A DNA stretch of 64,000 nucleotides, taken from Candidatus Babelota bacterium. GTDB lineage: Bacteria; Babelota; Babeliae; Babelales; GCA-2401785. Numbering within the stretch: position 1 is the stretch's first letter; every line of letters begins with the position of its first letter. Below the pieces are notes generated by a model. That model searched no databases and had not been told where the DNA came from. It saw only the letters and a program-made list of their open reading frames with translations. Position numbers and translations under genes: made by a program. Of the stretch, positions 28,363 through 38,626 are shown piece by piece. The stretch lies in assembly GCA_016871815.1 (NCBI GenBank), contig VHBT01000001.1:11925-75924 (forward strand), read 5' to 3'.

Positions 28363-31300
28363 TTACTTAAGGCCCGAACAGGATTCGTTCAGCTCAAAAT
28401 TTTCATATAATTTTTCTTGGCTTACAACGCCAAAATATTGTGGTAAAACAACTTCTTCCAAAAGCATCAGCGCTACTTTGATATCGTTTTTATTATTTTT
28501 TCGGACCACCAAGGTTGCTTCTGGGTCACGCACAACTTGCTCCATGCGTGTGATTAATTTTAAAAACATCTTTACGCCAGGATACTCATGATCATCCAAA
28601 CTTCTCAGTTCATTATTTCCCATCTCATCAAGGCTATCTGCTTTTTCTTCATCAGCTCCCAAGCGCCCTTCCTTCTGATCTTTTCCTCTTTTTTTATCAC
28701 CAGCACGAACAAGGTCGTCTATTTTTTTGAGCAATGATTTTGTTTTGAGCTCTCCAATTCGTCGCTCAGCTTTTTCCAAAAACAACACATCGGCCGAACC
28801 GCGCGCTTGAACAAACTCTGAAATCAATTTTGTTGTAACAAATCTGCTCACCTGAGGCGCATTTACCGATTCACTTAAACGCTCTTCGTTTCCAAACGAA
28901 TATTCTCTAAATGAAGTATTTAAGGGCCTTTTTTCATTATACAAGTCAATATCCAGAGCCAAGAGACGATTGTTAATTTGTGCCCACTGAGTTGTTTCTG
29001 TGTTCACAAACTGTGCAAATGCAGGGTCTTTTTCGGCGATATCTTTATCTACTTCACCTTCATAATTACTAATGTTTGGCTGAACAATATAAATAAATCC
29101 ATTAGTTCCAAACCTCACAGACCATGGCGCCAACAAGGTTGGTTGGTTTATTTTGAACTTACCATCTCGCAAATGAGTTGATGTAATAAATTGATAGCAG
29201 GCGTTATACCACACTGCTCGCAAAATACGAAAAATAGGTACCAAAGTTAATTTGTTTCGATCTTGAGGATCAATAACCCACCGAACTCGAACTTTATCCA
29301 ATTTTGTGGTCAATAAAACGCGATCACACTCCCCTGGAACCACAACCGATTCGCTCTCAACCACATCACCACCAAAACTTCCCCACAATCTTCGCGATGC
29401 TCGATCGGTCACCAAATTAGTAAATACCGATTCCAATTCCTTGGCATAAGAAACAACGCTATCCCAAGAAAACTGCTGTACGTTAACAAAATCTTTATTT
29501 TCACCATAGACAAGCTCAACTTCTTCTGATGCTTTAAGCAATTTTTTTTCAACAGCTTCATCAATTAGCGATTTAAAATCAGCAGATAATTCTTCAAATA
29601 ATTCTGAAATTCGCTTTGTACTTCGCTCAAAGTTAATATAGCTCAGGGTTTGAACTTTCCATTCATCCAACAATGCATTCAATGCCCAACGAACAAGCGT
29701 TTCTCTTTTTATATTTTCTTTTAATCGATCAAACCATGGCCGCTGGTACAACAATGCCAACATTTCGCAATTATCTGTAATTTCGCGGTATACCGTATCT
29801 CGCTGATCAAAGTCAGCGTACAACAGCGCCATTTGCTGCATAACATAATTTACCCGAACCGTTTCGCGTGGTGTGCGTGGATACATACTTAAAAAGTCTA
29901 CAAAAACAACCTTTTTGATCCCTTTTTCTTTACACCGACTCGTCAAATCGTCCAAAAATGATTGATATTCCAACGGTAAGGTAATGCCATCAAAGAAAAA
30001 CATCTGATCCGCTTGAATATTTTTAAGCCCGGAAGACTGCCCTTCTTTAAATGGCTTGAAAAGCCTCACTTCACCAGAATCAGAAAAATCAACCAAATAC
30101 GGCTGCCCTTCATATTCACAAGGAATCCAGGTATTTAACGAAACTCGCTTGAGCAAATGTAAATTTTTCATAAACGCGTCAATTGGGCGCTTCTTATCGT
30201 TTAATTCTGGTGCATGCCATCCTTTTTCTGAAATTAACACCGAAACTTCCTGCAAGCGCTTTTGGTAAGCTTCGACAAGATCTTTTTTGTGTTCAGAGAA
30301 ATATTTCATAACTTCTTTTGATTTATTTTCAAGCCCTTTAACCGATGCTACATCAACAAACACGTATCCATCGGGTTTATAGGTAAAATGACTAATTTGA
30401 GCTGGCAAATCTGCAACAAATACATCTTTTGAAAATTCAAAAATATCAGCCAATTGAGATGAACTGTTATCTGCTGCTTCGTACTTAGCCATATCTGGAC
30501 CGTATTTCATCCAGTTTTTGATATTCCCTAAAAGAGTTGTTTTTCCCACACCATCCACAAAACTATTAAAGACATACACCGTTGAATCGCCATCACGCGG
30601 AACAAGTTGTTTTACAAATTTTTTGACAAACTCCTGAGCGTTATATGTGGCTTTTTCACTATGTCGCTTGGTCAAATCAATCGGATAAGTAATATCTGCA
30701 CCAGTGTAGAACTTCAGCGTTGAAACGGGTGATTTTGCAAGTTTTTGAATTTGTTTTTGATTAAACAAAATGTCTTGAGTTGCGATTGAAGCAACAGTAT
30801 CACCATCATTAATCATCAAGTTTTTTTCATACAAATGACCAAGAAATTCTTGAACCCCTTCAAGGGCACCAGGAACATCATCATTCATCATGCAATCACG
30901 AATGTAATTTTCATGAGACTGAACAAATCCATACAACTGCCTAAAAGAATCTCTCTGTAATAAATCCAAAAACCTGTTGTATAGTTCTACACTATTTTCG
31001 TGAACGTGCTCAAAACGACCTTCATGGCCCTCAACTCGATTTGCATCACGAAACGCATATCCGGTCAAAAACCCAAAATAATTTGCCGGCGGCTTACTCC
31101 AGCCCGCGTTACCCTTGAGCGAAGTCTCATCACACAGTGAATCGCCAAGCAAATCTTTATAATTCGGAAAATATGATTCAAATGCTGCACCTTCGTACCC
31201 CATAATCATAATCCGCCCATGCAAATCAAGACCCGCATCAACAACCGATTGTTCTAATTTGGTATACGATTGAGCCGTTTCATCAAGCAAATATTCATGA

Positions 31301-32133
31301 TATTCATGACCACTTCGCTCATCTCGACCAATCCCATATAACGATAAAAAGCTTTCAGAAAATCGCCCTAAAGACTTGTTCGCCATTTCGGGAAGATCGC
31401 AAATTCCATAGTAATCTGTAACACGCGGAACAGAGGCTACGATTCCCGTAAAAAGTTCGCCTGCTTTTTCTGTTTTTCGCAGCAAAAGACGCTTACGCAT
31501 CGCATTGATAAATTCTATTTTTTTCTTAGCCTGCCGTTCATATTTTTGTTTAAACTTATCAATCCCATCAAAAAGTCGTACACATTTATTAAGCGCAGCT
31601 AAAGAACCAATTAAATCACGATCGGTATATAAAATATCAGCATCAACCGTTTCCCAGGCAAAATTAGCCATAGCCTGAATAGTAATTGCATTATAATCAA
31701 AATAAATTCCAAAAAATTTTACATAGGAATCTTGATAGTTTAACTTCCACCACTCCAAAAAAAGCTTTGCTTGCTGTGGCGGTTTTTCTTTACTTGTTCC
31801 CGTAAAAAGAACATCATAGTCATCAACAACGTAGAGTTTTTCCATTCCAAAAACATACTGCTGTAAATTTCTAAGAATTTCACCCCACCCAATTTTATTA
31901 ATATCTCGTGGCTCTTGGCTTAATTGATCAGAAATACTATCCAAACAAGCAACCAAATCATGTGGCTTTTGCAATGATGCAAAATGACTTACCACTTTAC
32001 TCCCAAACATTGAACGCAACTTGGTAAAAAGCGCAACAACATCTGCTCTATTTTCTGCTAAAAAAACATCTCCCGCTGACAAGAAACCAACAAAAAGAAA
32101 AACAAAACTCACTAGTAATCTGTTCGTTTTCAC
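28363..32133 (-). CDS. Large hypothetical exported protein with embedded P-loop (Walker A-like) motif
   Basis: 1256-aa uninterrupted ORF. Signal-like N-terminus (LLVSFVFLFVGFLSAG). VYVFNSFVDGVGKTTLLGN at aa 519-537 (nt 30535-30561 for FVDGVGKTT). No overall family recognised. Confidence 0.75.
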   Translation of the reverse strand: MKTNRLLVSFVFLFVGFLSAGDVFLAENRADVVALFTKLRSMFGSKVVSHFASLQKPHDLVACLDSISDQLSQEPRDINKIGWGEILRNLQQYVFGMEKLYVVDDYDVLFTGTSKEKPPQQAKLFLEWWKLNYQDSYVKFFGIYFDYNAITIQAMANFAWETVDADILYTDRDLIGSLAALNKCVRLFDGIDKFKQKYERQAKKKIEFINAMRKRLLLRKTEKAGELFTGIVASVPRVTDYYGICDLPEMANKSLGRFSESFLSLYGIGRDERSGHEYHEYLLDETAQSYTKLEQSVVDAGLDLHGRIMIMGYEGAAFESYFPNYKDLLGDSLCDETSLKGNAGWSKPPANYFGFLTGYAFRDANRVEGHEGRFEHVHENSVELYNRFLDLLQRDSFRQLYGFVQSHENYIRDCMMNDDVPGALEGVQEFLGHLYEKNLMINDGDTVASIATQDILFNQKQIQKLAKSPVSTLKFYTGADITYPIDLTKRHSEKATYNAQEFVKKFVKQLVPRDGDSTVYVFNSFVDGVGKTTLLGNIKNWMKYGPDMAKYEAADNSSSQLADIFEFSKDVFVADLPAQISHFTYKPDGYVFVDVASVKGLENKSKEVMKYFSEHKKDLVEAYQKRLQEVSVLISEKGWHAPELNDKKRPIDAFMKNLHLLKRVSLNTWIPCEYEGQPYLVDFSDSGEVRLFKPFKEGQSSGLKNIQADQMFFFDGITLPLEYQSFLDDLTSRCKEKGIKKVVFVDFLSMYPRTPRETVRVNYVMQQMALLYADFDQRDTVYREITDNCEMLALLYQRPWFDRLKENIKRETLVRWALNALLDEWKVQTLSYINFERSTKRISELFEELSADFKSLIDEAVEKKLLKASEEVELVYGENKDFVNVQQFSWDSVVSYAKELESVFTNLVTDRASRRLWGSFGGDVVESESVVVPGECDRVLLTTKLDKVRVRWVIDPQDRNKLTLVPIFRILRAVWYNACYQFITSTHLRDGKFKINQPTLLAPWSVRFGTNGFIYIVQPNISNYEGEVDKDIAEKDPAFAQFVNTETTQWAQINNRLLALDIDLYNEKRPLNTSFREYSFGNEERLSESVNAPQVSRFVTTKLISEFVQARGSADVLFLEKAERRIGELKTKSLLKKIDDLVRAGDKKRGKDQKEGRLGADEEKADSLDEMGNNELRSLDDHEYPGVKMFLKLITRMEQVVRDPEATLVVRKNNKNDIKVALMLLEEVVLPQYFGVVSQEKLYENFELNESCSGLK

Positions 32134-32136
32134 AGC

Positions 32137-32991
32137 CTACGCCTCCTGATCCATAGGATCTGCAGCACGCGAGAAAGAATAAAAAATATCCTCTAAGCGA
32201 TATACTGTTTCTCTCGTCCGTGAAAACATTTTTTTTGCAGAAATTTCATTGCCCTCAACACTTTCTGCATATTTTCCAGCCAGGCAATCAGCAGTCAACA
32301 ATGCAATATCACGCTCAAGCTGAGAAAGTAATTGAAGAACTTCTCCTTCAACGACGATTCCAGCATCAGAAGATTTTTTTATAATCATTGCAGACAGCTC
32401 AACGACATAACGTTGAATTGCGATCAAATGTGAATTGTATTTAGATTTGATTTGCTGATCCAATAGAGAAAAGCAAAAATTCTTGCGAAGCAATGTACTT
32501 TCCAAAGAAACAAGCGAGGCATTCATAAGAATCTTAAACAAGCGGACATTGTCCTGCCCTTTCCAGATCGAATATACAAAATCACGTACACCAGGAAACA
32601 CATCCGTCGTCAAAAAGGTTGCAAACACCGAAGCTATGGTAAATGCAAAAATCGTTGAAAATTGATCTTTAATTTTTCCGAAAATGGTAAGTTGAGGATG
32701 CGTTGCTGTTGCTCCATTATCAGCAGCCACAGGCACAGAACTTGTCTGTGATCTATACAGTTTCCATGCGATAATAATTGCCAAAATCCCAGCCCCTGCA
32801 GCTATCAAATTTCTTTTTTGAACACGCGCAGATATCTGCTCCACACGATCTGCAATCGCAAGCATCATATGGTCAGAAGAAACTGTCACCAGAGAATTAT
32901 CCACCAATACTAAATCACGAGAGGCTTGTGGCAATGCAAGCAAACTTGCAGAAAGAAAAAAGCTTAAAAATAATCGGTTCATAACCGTCAT
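32137..32991 (-). CDS. Hypothetical exported/membrane protein, 2nd gene of ORFan operon
   Basis: 284 aa. Signal-like N-terminus (LFLSFFLSASLLALPQA) and internal hydrophobic helices (LIAAGAGILAIIIAW, IFAFTIASVFATFL). Lies 3 nt upstream of the 1256-aa gene. Confidence 0.65.
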   Translation of the reverse strand: MTVMNRLFLSFFLSASLLALPQASRDLVLVDNSLVTVSSDHMMLAIADRVEQISARVQKRNLIAAGAGILAIIIAWKLYRSQTSSVPVAADNGATATHPQLTIFGKIKDQFSTIFAFTIASVFATFLTTDVFPGVRDFVYSIWKGQDNVRLFKILMNASLVSLESTLLRKNFCFSLLDQQIKSKYNSHLIAIQRYVVELSAMIIKKSSDAGIVVEGEVLQLLSQLERDIALLTADCLAGKYAESVEGNEISAKKMFSRTRETVYRLEDIFYSFSRAADPMDQEA

Positions 32992-32995
32992 CTAA

Positions 32996-34288
32996 CTAGT
33001 CGCCAAGCAAGCGATTATTGCGCGATGATCGAGCTGGAGAACTTTTTGGCTCCGGAGAAGAAGTATCTTTATTGCTGTTTAAAATATCACACAACCAGTC
33101 CAAACTCGAAATAACGTGATCACACTGTGCGAGTAAGCTATTTTTTACTTTTTGAGTAAGAACAAGTTCATTATTTTCATAAAAAGAAGCTTGAATCATC
33201 AAATTAATCTCATCCAACATCTTTAAAGATTCATTAATCAGCAAACGCTGATCTGAATATGAAACATCAATCGACTGGACAACATCAGACAATTGACTTC
33301 TCAAAAGCATTGTAACCGATTCAGTAATAGTTACATGCGCAGGAATTGATCTCATTGCATAAGCTTTCACCGGATTAAGTAGAGCAACTCCTTTTGCTGC
33401 AGAATCAAGATCGACAACAGAATCTTTTGCGGATTCTTTTGCCCCAAGAAGTCCTTTTTCTACTTTACTTGCATTTCGCTGCGCAAACGTATTTGCAAAA
33501 GAGGAATCCTGAGCAGAACTACTGCTTAATTTATCCATCGATGCACGATATTTTTCTAACGCCCTGATCCATGAAGATACCTGCTCGGTTGAAAGCGGAG
33601 AAATAAAACCCATTTGAGCAAAAAACACACGAGCCATACGCGATGCACGCTTCATAAAACTTGTTGATGCTGATTCCAACTCTTTATCAAAAGCACGACC
33701 CCACGCATTTAAAGCAGGTACGATAATTGCATATCCAATTTTTCCATACCACGTTGAAGCATAGACTGACGACTGAGGACCCACAAATACTCGAAGCATT
33801 TCATTGCCCATCGAATCGTAACTTGAAAGAGCCAACTCACTCTCACGACACCAGTTTTTATATTCAGTAATTTTATCAATTTCATCCTGCTTAACATCAG
33901 ATGCATTTGCAATACACGAGTATGCAACAGCAAGCGCATCTGAATATTCTTTGTCCTGATCTTTCTTCTCTAGCAAAGCATCAATAGCTGCCCTTTTATC
34001 TCCAAGAGTACTAAGAACTCTCAAAAGATCATCTACCGCTCTAAGCCGATTTGCATACCGCGCAGCTTCTTTACGAATAAATTCTTGCTGCTTTAATCGG
34101 GATACAACCCCAGATTGCTTATGCGAATGACCGCCGATCCAAACCTGATTTCCGTCTTCATCATAGTCATATGGACAAAAAACCATTGAAGTGGCAAAAG
34201 AGATTGCCAATAATGCAAAAAAACTCAAATTACGCATAAATTTCATAAATTCAATCCCTGAAAAAATCTTACCCAAGAGGGCTTTCAT
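32996..34288 (-). CDS. Hypothetical exported protein, 1st gene of ORFan operon
   Basis: 430-aa ORF. A more typical signal peptide starts at Met15 (MKFMRNLSFFALLAISFATS, ATG 34246), so the true start may be 34246. Helix-rich, coiled-coil-like composition with an S/P-rich tail. Confidence 0.65.
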   Translation of the reverse strand: MKALLGKIFSGIEFMKFMRNLSFFALLAISFATSMVFCPYDYDEDGNQVWIGGHSHKQSGVVSRLKQQEFIRKEAARYANRLRAVDDLLRVLSTLGDKRAAIDALLEKKDQDKEYSDALAVAYSCIANASDVKQDEIDKITEYKNWCRESELALSSYDSMGNEMLRVFVGPQSSVYASTWYGKIGYAIIVPALNAWGRAFDKELESASTSFMKRASRMARVFFAQMGFISPLSTEQVSSWIRALEKYRASMDKLSSSSAQDSSFANTFAQRNASKVEKGLLGAKESAKDSVVDLDSAAKGVALLNPVKAYAMRSIPAHVTITESVTMLLRSQLSDVVQSIDVSYSDQRLLINESLKMLDEINLMIQASFYENNELVLTQKVKNSLLAQCDHVISSLDWLCDILNSNKDTSSPEPKSSPARSSRNNRLLGD

Positions 34289-34383
34289 GTATACGTTAAA
34301 ACGTACAAAAAAGAATGTAGTTGCACAAAAGGTATCTGATATTTATCAAAAAATTCACACAATTTATCGTTTTTTGAAATTTT

Positions 34384-36918
34384 TTATTGATTTAATGCCT
34401 GAGCAAGATATTTGTAGGTATATCCCTGAGCTGATTTTGCGACAACCTCGGGAGTACCCTGAGCCACAATAAATCCACCCATTTTGCCACCCTCCGGACC
34501 AATATCAATAATCCAATCCGCGCACTTAAGAACGTCAATATTATGCTCAATAACCAAAACAGTATTACCACGATCAACCAACCGATTGAGCACAACAAGA
34601 AGCTTTTCAACGTCAGAACTATGAAGACCGGTAGTTGGCTCATCCAGAATATACAATGTATTGGCCCCACGCTTTGCTAGCTCATTGACCAATTTAATTC
34701 GTTGCGCTTCTCCGCCAGAAAGGGTTGTTGAAGGCTGTCCAAGCTTAATATAATCAAGCCCCACATCACACAATAAATCCAGTCTTTTTACAATTCCCTT
34801 AAAAGAATCAAAAAAATCTCGCGCTTCTAGAACCGACATTTCCAAAATATCCGCAATATTTTTACCTTTGTATAAAATTTCAAGCGTTTGCGGATTAAAT
34901 CGTTTTCCACGACAGCCTTTACACTGGATAACCACATCTTCTAAAAAGTGCATAGAAATCTTAATATTTCCATCGCCCCCACAGTCAAAGCATCGTCCTT
35001 CAGGAACGTTGAAGCTAAACCGACCAGGACCATACCCACGGGCATTGCTCTCGGGTAAGCCGGCAAAAAGAGCCCTAATTTCATCAAAAAAGCCTAAATA
35101 CGTTGAAGGATTTGACCGAGGAGTTCTTCCGATTGGGGTTTGATCAACCAACACCACAGAACGAATATGTTCAATTCCTTCAAGATCATCAAATCCCACC
35201 GTTCCATAATAGCCAGATGAAAAATAATGGCGTAATGCCGGGGCTAATGTTTGCATCACCAAACTACTTTTGCCAGAACCAGAGACGCCAGAAACCGCAC
35301 AAAAAACACCCAACGGGATCCTGAAATCAATTTTTTTAAGATTATTTGTTGTTACCTGGGTAATACTCAAGTGATTTTGAAAGGTTCGTCGCTTTTTTGG
35401 AACAAGAATCGCTCGCTCCCCCGACAAAAATTTACCGGTCAAAGAATTGGGGTTTTTCGTAAGTTGCGCAGGAGATCCAACCGCTGTCACCCTTCCACCC
35501 AAAATTCCAGCCGCAGGTCCAATATCAATAATAAAATCTGAAGCAAGCATGGTATCAATGTCATGCTCAACTACGACTACCGTATTTCCCAAATCACGTA
35601 ATTTTTTGAGCGTTAAAATAAGTCTGTCATTATCTCGTTGATGCAAACCAATACTTGGTTCATCCAAAATATATAAAACCCCAGTTAGAGCAGAACCAAT
35701 TTGTGTCGCAAGACGAATACGTTGTCCCTCTCCACCAGAAAGCGTTCTTACAGGACGAGCAAGAGTTAAATATGCAAGACCAACATCAATCAAAAAATTA
35801 AGGCGTTGAACAATTTCACGCACTAACGGCGCAGAAATTAACTCTTGATCCGCAGGAAGCGAAAGAAGCTGCATAAAAGAAACCAAATCATCCAGCGCCA
35901 ATGAACAAACTTCAAAAATATTTTTATCACAAATTTTTACACCCAATGCTTCAGGCTTAAGTCGCGCGCCATGACAAGAATAACATTCCTGTAAAGCACT
36001 TTCTCCATCAGGATCGTTGAGTAATGTTTGATATTCAAATCCGATTCCATTACAAAATCGGCACGCTCCCAATGGTGAGTTGAATGAAAACAATCGAGGC
36101 TCAAGCTCTGGTCCAGATTTTGCACATTTCAAACATGCGTGCAATGAAGAAAAAAGTTGGTATCCATCTTTTTCCGTTACTTTTTCTGGATCAATAACAG
36201 CACAAATGCCAGACGACATTTTTATCGCTTTTTCTACAGCTTCAGACAATCGAACATGATCCTCTGACCCAATTTCAAGTCGATCAACAAGAGTAAAAAC
36301 GGTGTGCTTATTATTTTTTTTAAGATCAATTTTTAAGATATCTTGTTCAGAGTCAATGCGATGCAAAACACCATCAACAATAAATCTGAAAAATCCTTTT
36401 TTAAATGCTATCGCTATTTCTGTTTTAAACTCACCTTTTTTATCAATACCCAGAGGACTTGCGATGATAACATCTTTTTGCTGATAGTTTACCAAGACCA
36501 TTTGCATGATGCTCTCAGGAGATGACGATTGAATTGGTTGTTTACACAACGCACAATGCGCAACGCCAATTCGAGCAAAAAGAACTCGTAAATAATCATA
36601 AATTTCTGTAATCGTTCCAACGGTAGAACGAGGATTGAATCCAACCGTTTTTTGGTCAATTGCAATAGCAGGGCAAAGACCATCAATCTTATCTACATCA
36701 GGTCGCTTAGAGACTCCCAAAAATTGCCGGGCATAAGAGGAAAGAGATTCAACATATCTACGCTTTCCCTCTGCGTACAAAGTGTCTAAGGCCAATGAAC
36801 TTTTGCCAGAACCCGAAGGACCAGTGATCACCGTTAATGTGTTTTTTGGAATTTCAACAGTAATTGATTTCAAATTATGTTCACGCGCGCCAATAACGGT
36901 AATGCAATCTTTTTTCAT
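34384..36918 (-). CDS. uvrA: Excinuclease ABC subunit UvrA, short form lacking the insertion domain
   Basis: 844 aa. Two Walker A motifs (GPSGSGKSS, GVSGSGKSS), two ABC signatures (LSGGE), and Zn-module Cys pairs CALC/CLKC and CRFC/CYSC. See finding. Confidence 0.95.
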   Translation of the reverse strand: MKKDCITVIGAREHNLKSITVEIPKNTLTVITGPSGSGKSSLALDTLYAEGKRRYVESLSSYARQFLGVSKRPDVDKIDGLCPAIAIDQKTVGFNPRSTVGTITEIYDYLRVLFARIGVAHCALCKQPIQSSSPESIMQMVLVNYQQKDVIIASPLGIDKKGEFKTEIAIAFKKGFFRFIVDGVLHRIDSEQDILKIDLKKNNKHTVFTLVDRLEIGSEDHVRLSEAVEKAIKMSSGICAVIDPEKVTEKDGYQLFSSLHACLKCAKSGPELEPRLFSFNSPLGACRFCNGIGFEYQTLLNDPDGESALQECYSCHGARLKPEALGVKICDKNIFEVCSLALDDLVSFMQLLSLPADQELISAPLVREIVQRLNFLIDVGLAYLTLARPVRTLSGGEGQRIRLATQIGSALTGVLYILDEPSIGLHQRDNDRLILTLKKLRDLGNTVVVVEHDIDTMLASDFIIDIGPAAGILGGRVTAVGSPAQLTKNPNSLTGKFLSGERAILVPKKRRTFQNHLSITQVTTNNLKKIDFRIPLGVFCAVSGVSGSGKSSLVMQTLAPALRHYFSSGYYGTVGFDDLEGIEHIRSVVLVDQTPIGRTPRSNPSTYLGFFDEIRALFAGLPESNARGYGPGRFSFNVPEGRCFDCGGDGNIKISMHFLEDVVIQCKGCRGKRFNPQTLEILYKGKNIADILEMSVLEARDFFDSFKGIVKRLDLLCDVGLDYIKLGQPSTTLSGGEAQRIKLVNELAKRGANTLYILDEPTTGLHSSDVEKLLVVLNRLVDRGNTVLVIEHNIDVLKCADWIIDIGPEGGKMGGFIVAQGTPEVVAKSAQGYTYKYLAQALNQ

Positions 36919-37010
36919 ACACAGCCTCTCCGGAACTTTAAAGTCATCCGGACAACAGTATCACAAAAATAATTTTTTTTTAGTCTTAAAAGCACTCTCA
37001 TCAAAAAAAG

Positions 37011-38543
37011 CTAAAACACACCCAAAATACCAACCGTGAATTCTTGTTCTTTCAAGCATCGTCGACCAGCAAAAACAGAACTGCTACCTGCAAAAAATTT
37101 AATTGAATCATTATAGCGATAATTCAAACGAGCCAGAGCTGCATGACTAATACTCAGTGTGTCTTTGGTAATTAAATCACGTGCATATCCATAATCCCCA
37201 TTTGGAGCGCCAATTACATCATTCGATTTAAAATTAAAACGATACATAATATCTAATGACAAATCCTTAGAAAATAAATTATTAAAGCAATTACCAACCT
37301 GCATGCCAAACTCTGGACCATATCGCATACGCGTTGAAACATATCCATCTGACAATTCTGTAGCTGTTGAATCCGGCTGATAAACGTTTGAATAATTTCT
37401 AAATCTTATTGCTCGAGAAGCAAGTGGAACCGTTAAATAGACATCTGCATCTGTACCCGAAATCATAGGACCTTCACCCTCACTCACTTTTCGATCAATA
37501 AAGCGTGGAACTCGACGCATCACAAGTGATTCAAACGAATAATTTGCATGTGTATAAAAATGAAAATTAAATAAATCTGAATACGGAACAACAAATCCAA
37601 GCGAAGCTCCAACTGTGGGACCTCGATACGGCTTTCCTGCAAATGCTTGAATTATTTTTTTAGAATTAAATTGCTGCTGAGCACCTAAAATCACATACAT
37701 GGAAAACGCTCCCAATCGACGATTTTCGTAACTCAAAGGAAAATTAATAAAAAACTTTGAATCTCCAATAGTAAAAGTTTCATCATTTCGATCTTGAGCA
37801 AAATTTTTAAGTAACATCAATCGATCAAAAATTGATTGCAAGCCATTTGGATACTCAAGCGGAAAATCTGATGTTGCAGTATTATATCTATTTGTTTGCT
37901 TATCACTGGCGACTAAACTTGCTTCAGATGGTGAAAAAACAGAAACCATCTCCAAGTCCTGCCTCACGCGACAAAGATTAAACTCAAACCCCAAATAAAA
38001 CATTTCATTCCAACAAGCACTTGCATAATTAAACAAAAAAGATTGCTTATTAGTTTTTGTTTTAAACTCAAAATCCCTTCCTGCTAGATATCGCAAGAAA
38101 TGGCGTTGAGTAGATCTTGCTGCAACATCTTTAGTAACCTCTGCAGGCTGTAACCCAAAAACATTAACAGGAATAAGACCGTCATATACTATTTCATTTT
38201 GCTCCATCAAAGCCGACAGCGCACAAAAGTCCCTTAACGATAGAGGATTTTTTTTGAGCCAATAACCTGCACTGTCAGAAACTTCTCCAACATTAGAATA
38301 CGCTTCAGATGCCTGCACATGCGAAAACCCAGAAAAAATTTCTGTAGCATTTTTAAAAACTTTACCACTAAAATTCCACCCTGGATCAACAACATGCTGC
38401 ATCAACAAACGATCTTCAGAATCAGAAAAAGCATATCGATCTTTAAATCTAGATGGAGCATTATACGAAACTAAAGATTCATGCGCGCCACACATTCCTA
38501 TAAAAAAAGCTATCACATTCAATACAAGTAAGTGACGATCCAT
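37011..38543 (-). CDS. Outer-membrane beta-barrel protein (family unknown), downstream of the 1254-aa exoprotein gene
   Basis: Start placed at ATG 38543 (MDRHLLVLNVIAFFIGMCGAHE). The track starts 4 codons earlier at GTG 38555. Alternating aromatic/polar pattern. C-terminus FTVGILGVF has terminal Phe. Confidence 0.65.
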   Translation of the reverse strand: MDRHLLVLNVIAFFIGMCGAHESLVSYNAPSRFKDRYAFSDSEDRLLMQHVVDPGWNFSGKVFKNATEIFSGFSHVQASEAYSNVGEVSDSAGYWLKKNPLSLRDFCALSALMEQNEIVYDGLIPVNVFGLQPAEVTKDVAARSTQRHFLRYLAGRDFEFKTKTNKQSFLFNYASACWNEMFYLGFEFNLCRVRQDLEMVSVFSPSEASLVASDKQTNRYNTATSDFPLEYPNGLQSIFDRLMLLKNFAQDRNDETFTIGDSKFFINFPLSYENRRLGAFSMYVILGAQQQFNSKKIIQAFAGKPYRGPTVGASLGFVVPYSDLFNFHFYTHANYSFESLVMRRVPRFIDRKVSEGEGPMISGTDADVYLTVPLASRAIRFRNYSNVYQPDSTATELSDGYVSTRMRYGPEFGMQVGNCFNNLFSKDLSLDIMYRFNFKSNDVIGAPNGDYGYARDLITKDTLSISHAALARLNYRYNDSIKFFAGSSSVFAGRRCLKEQEFTVGILGVF

Positions 38544-38626
38544 TCTTAAGCCCACACACTAATTACCCAACACCTTTAATCGAACGGTACAAAGATATAC
38601 TCAGAAATGTCTGTCTATACAAGAAA

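Noticed and set aside
31294-31308. HEYHE in the 1256-aa protein as a zinc-metalloprotease HExxH motif
   Set aside because: The spacing is wrong: it reads H-E-Y-H-E, and no His lies at i+4. The nearby EHVHE is also not HExxH.
34384-36918. Short UvrA as a class II (UvrA2-type) protein lacking the UvrB-binding domain
   Set aside because: The segment between the first two Cys pairs (aa 126-261) is present and resembles the UvrB-binding domain. The missing part is the insertion domain between the next two Cys pairs.
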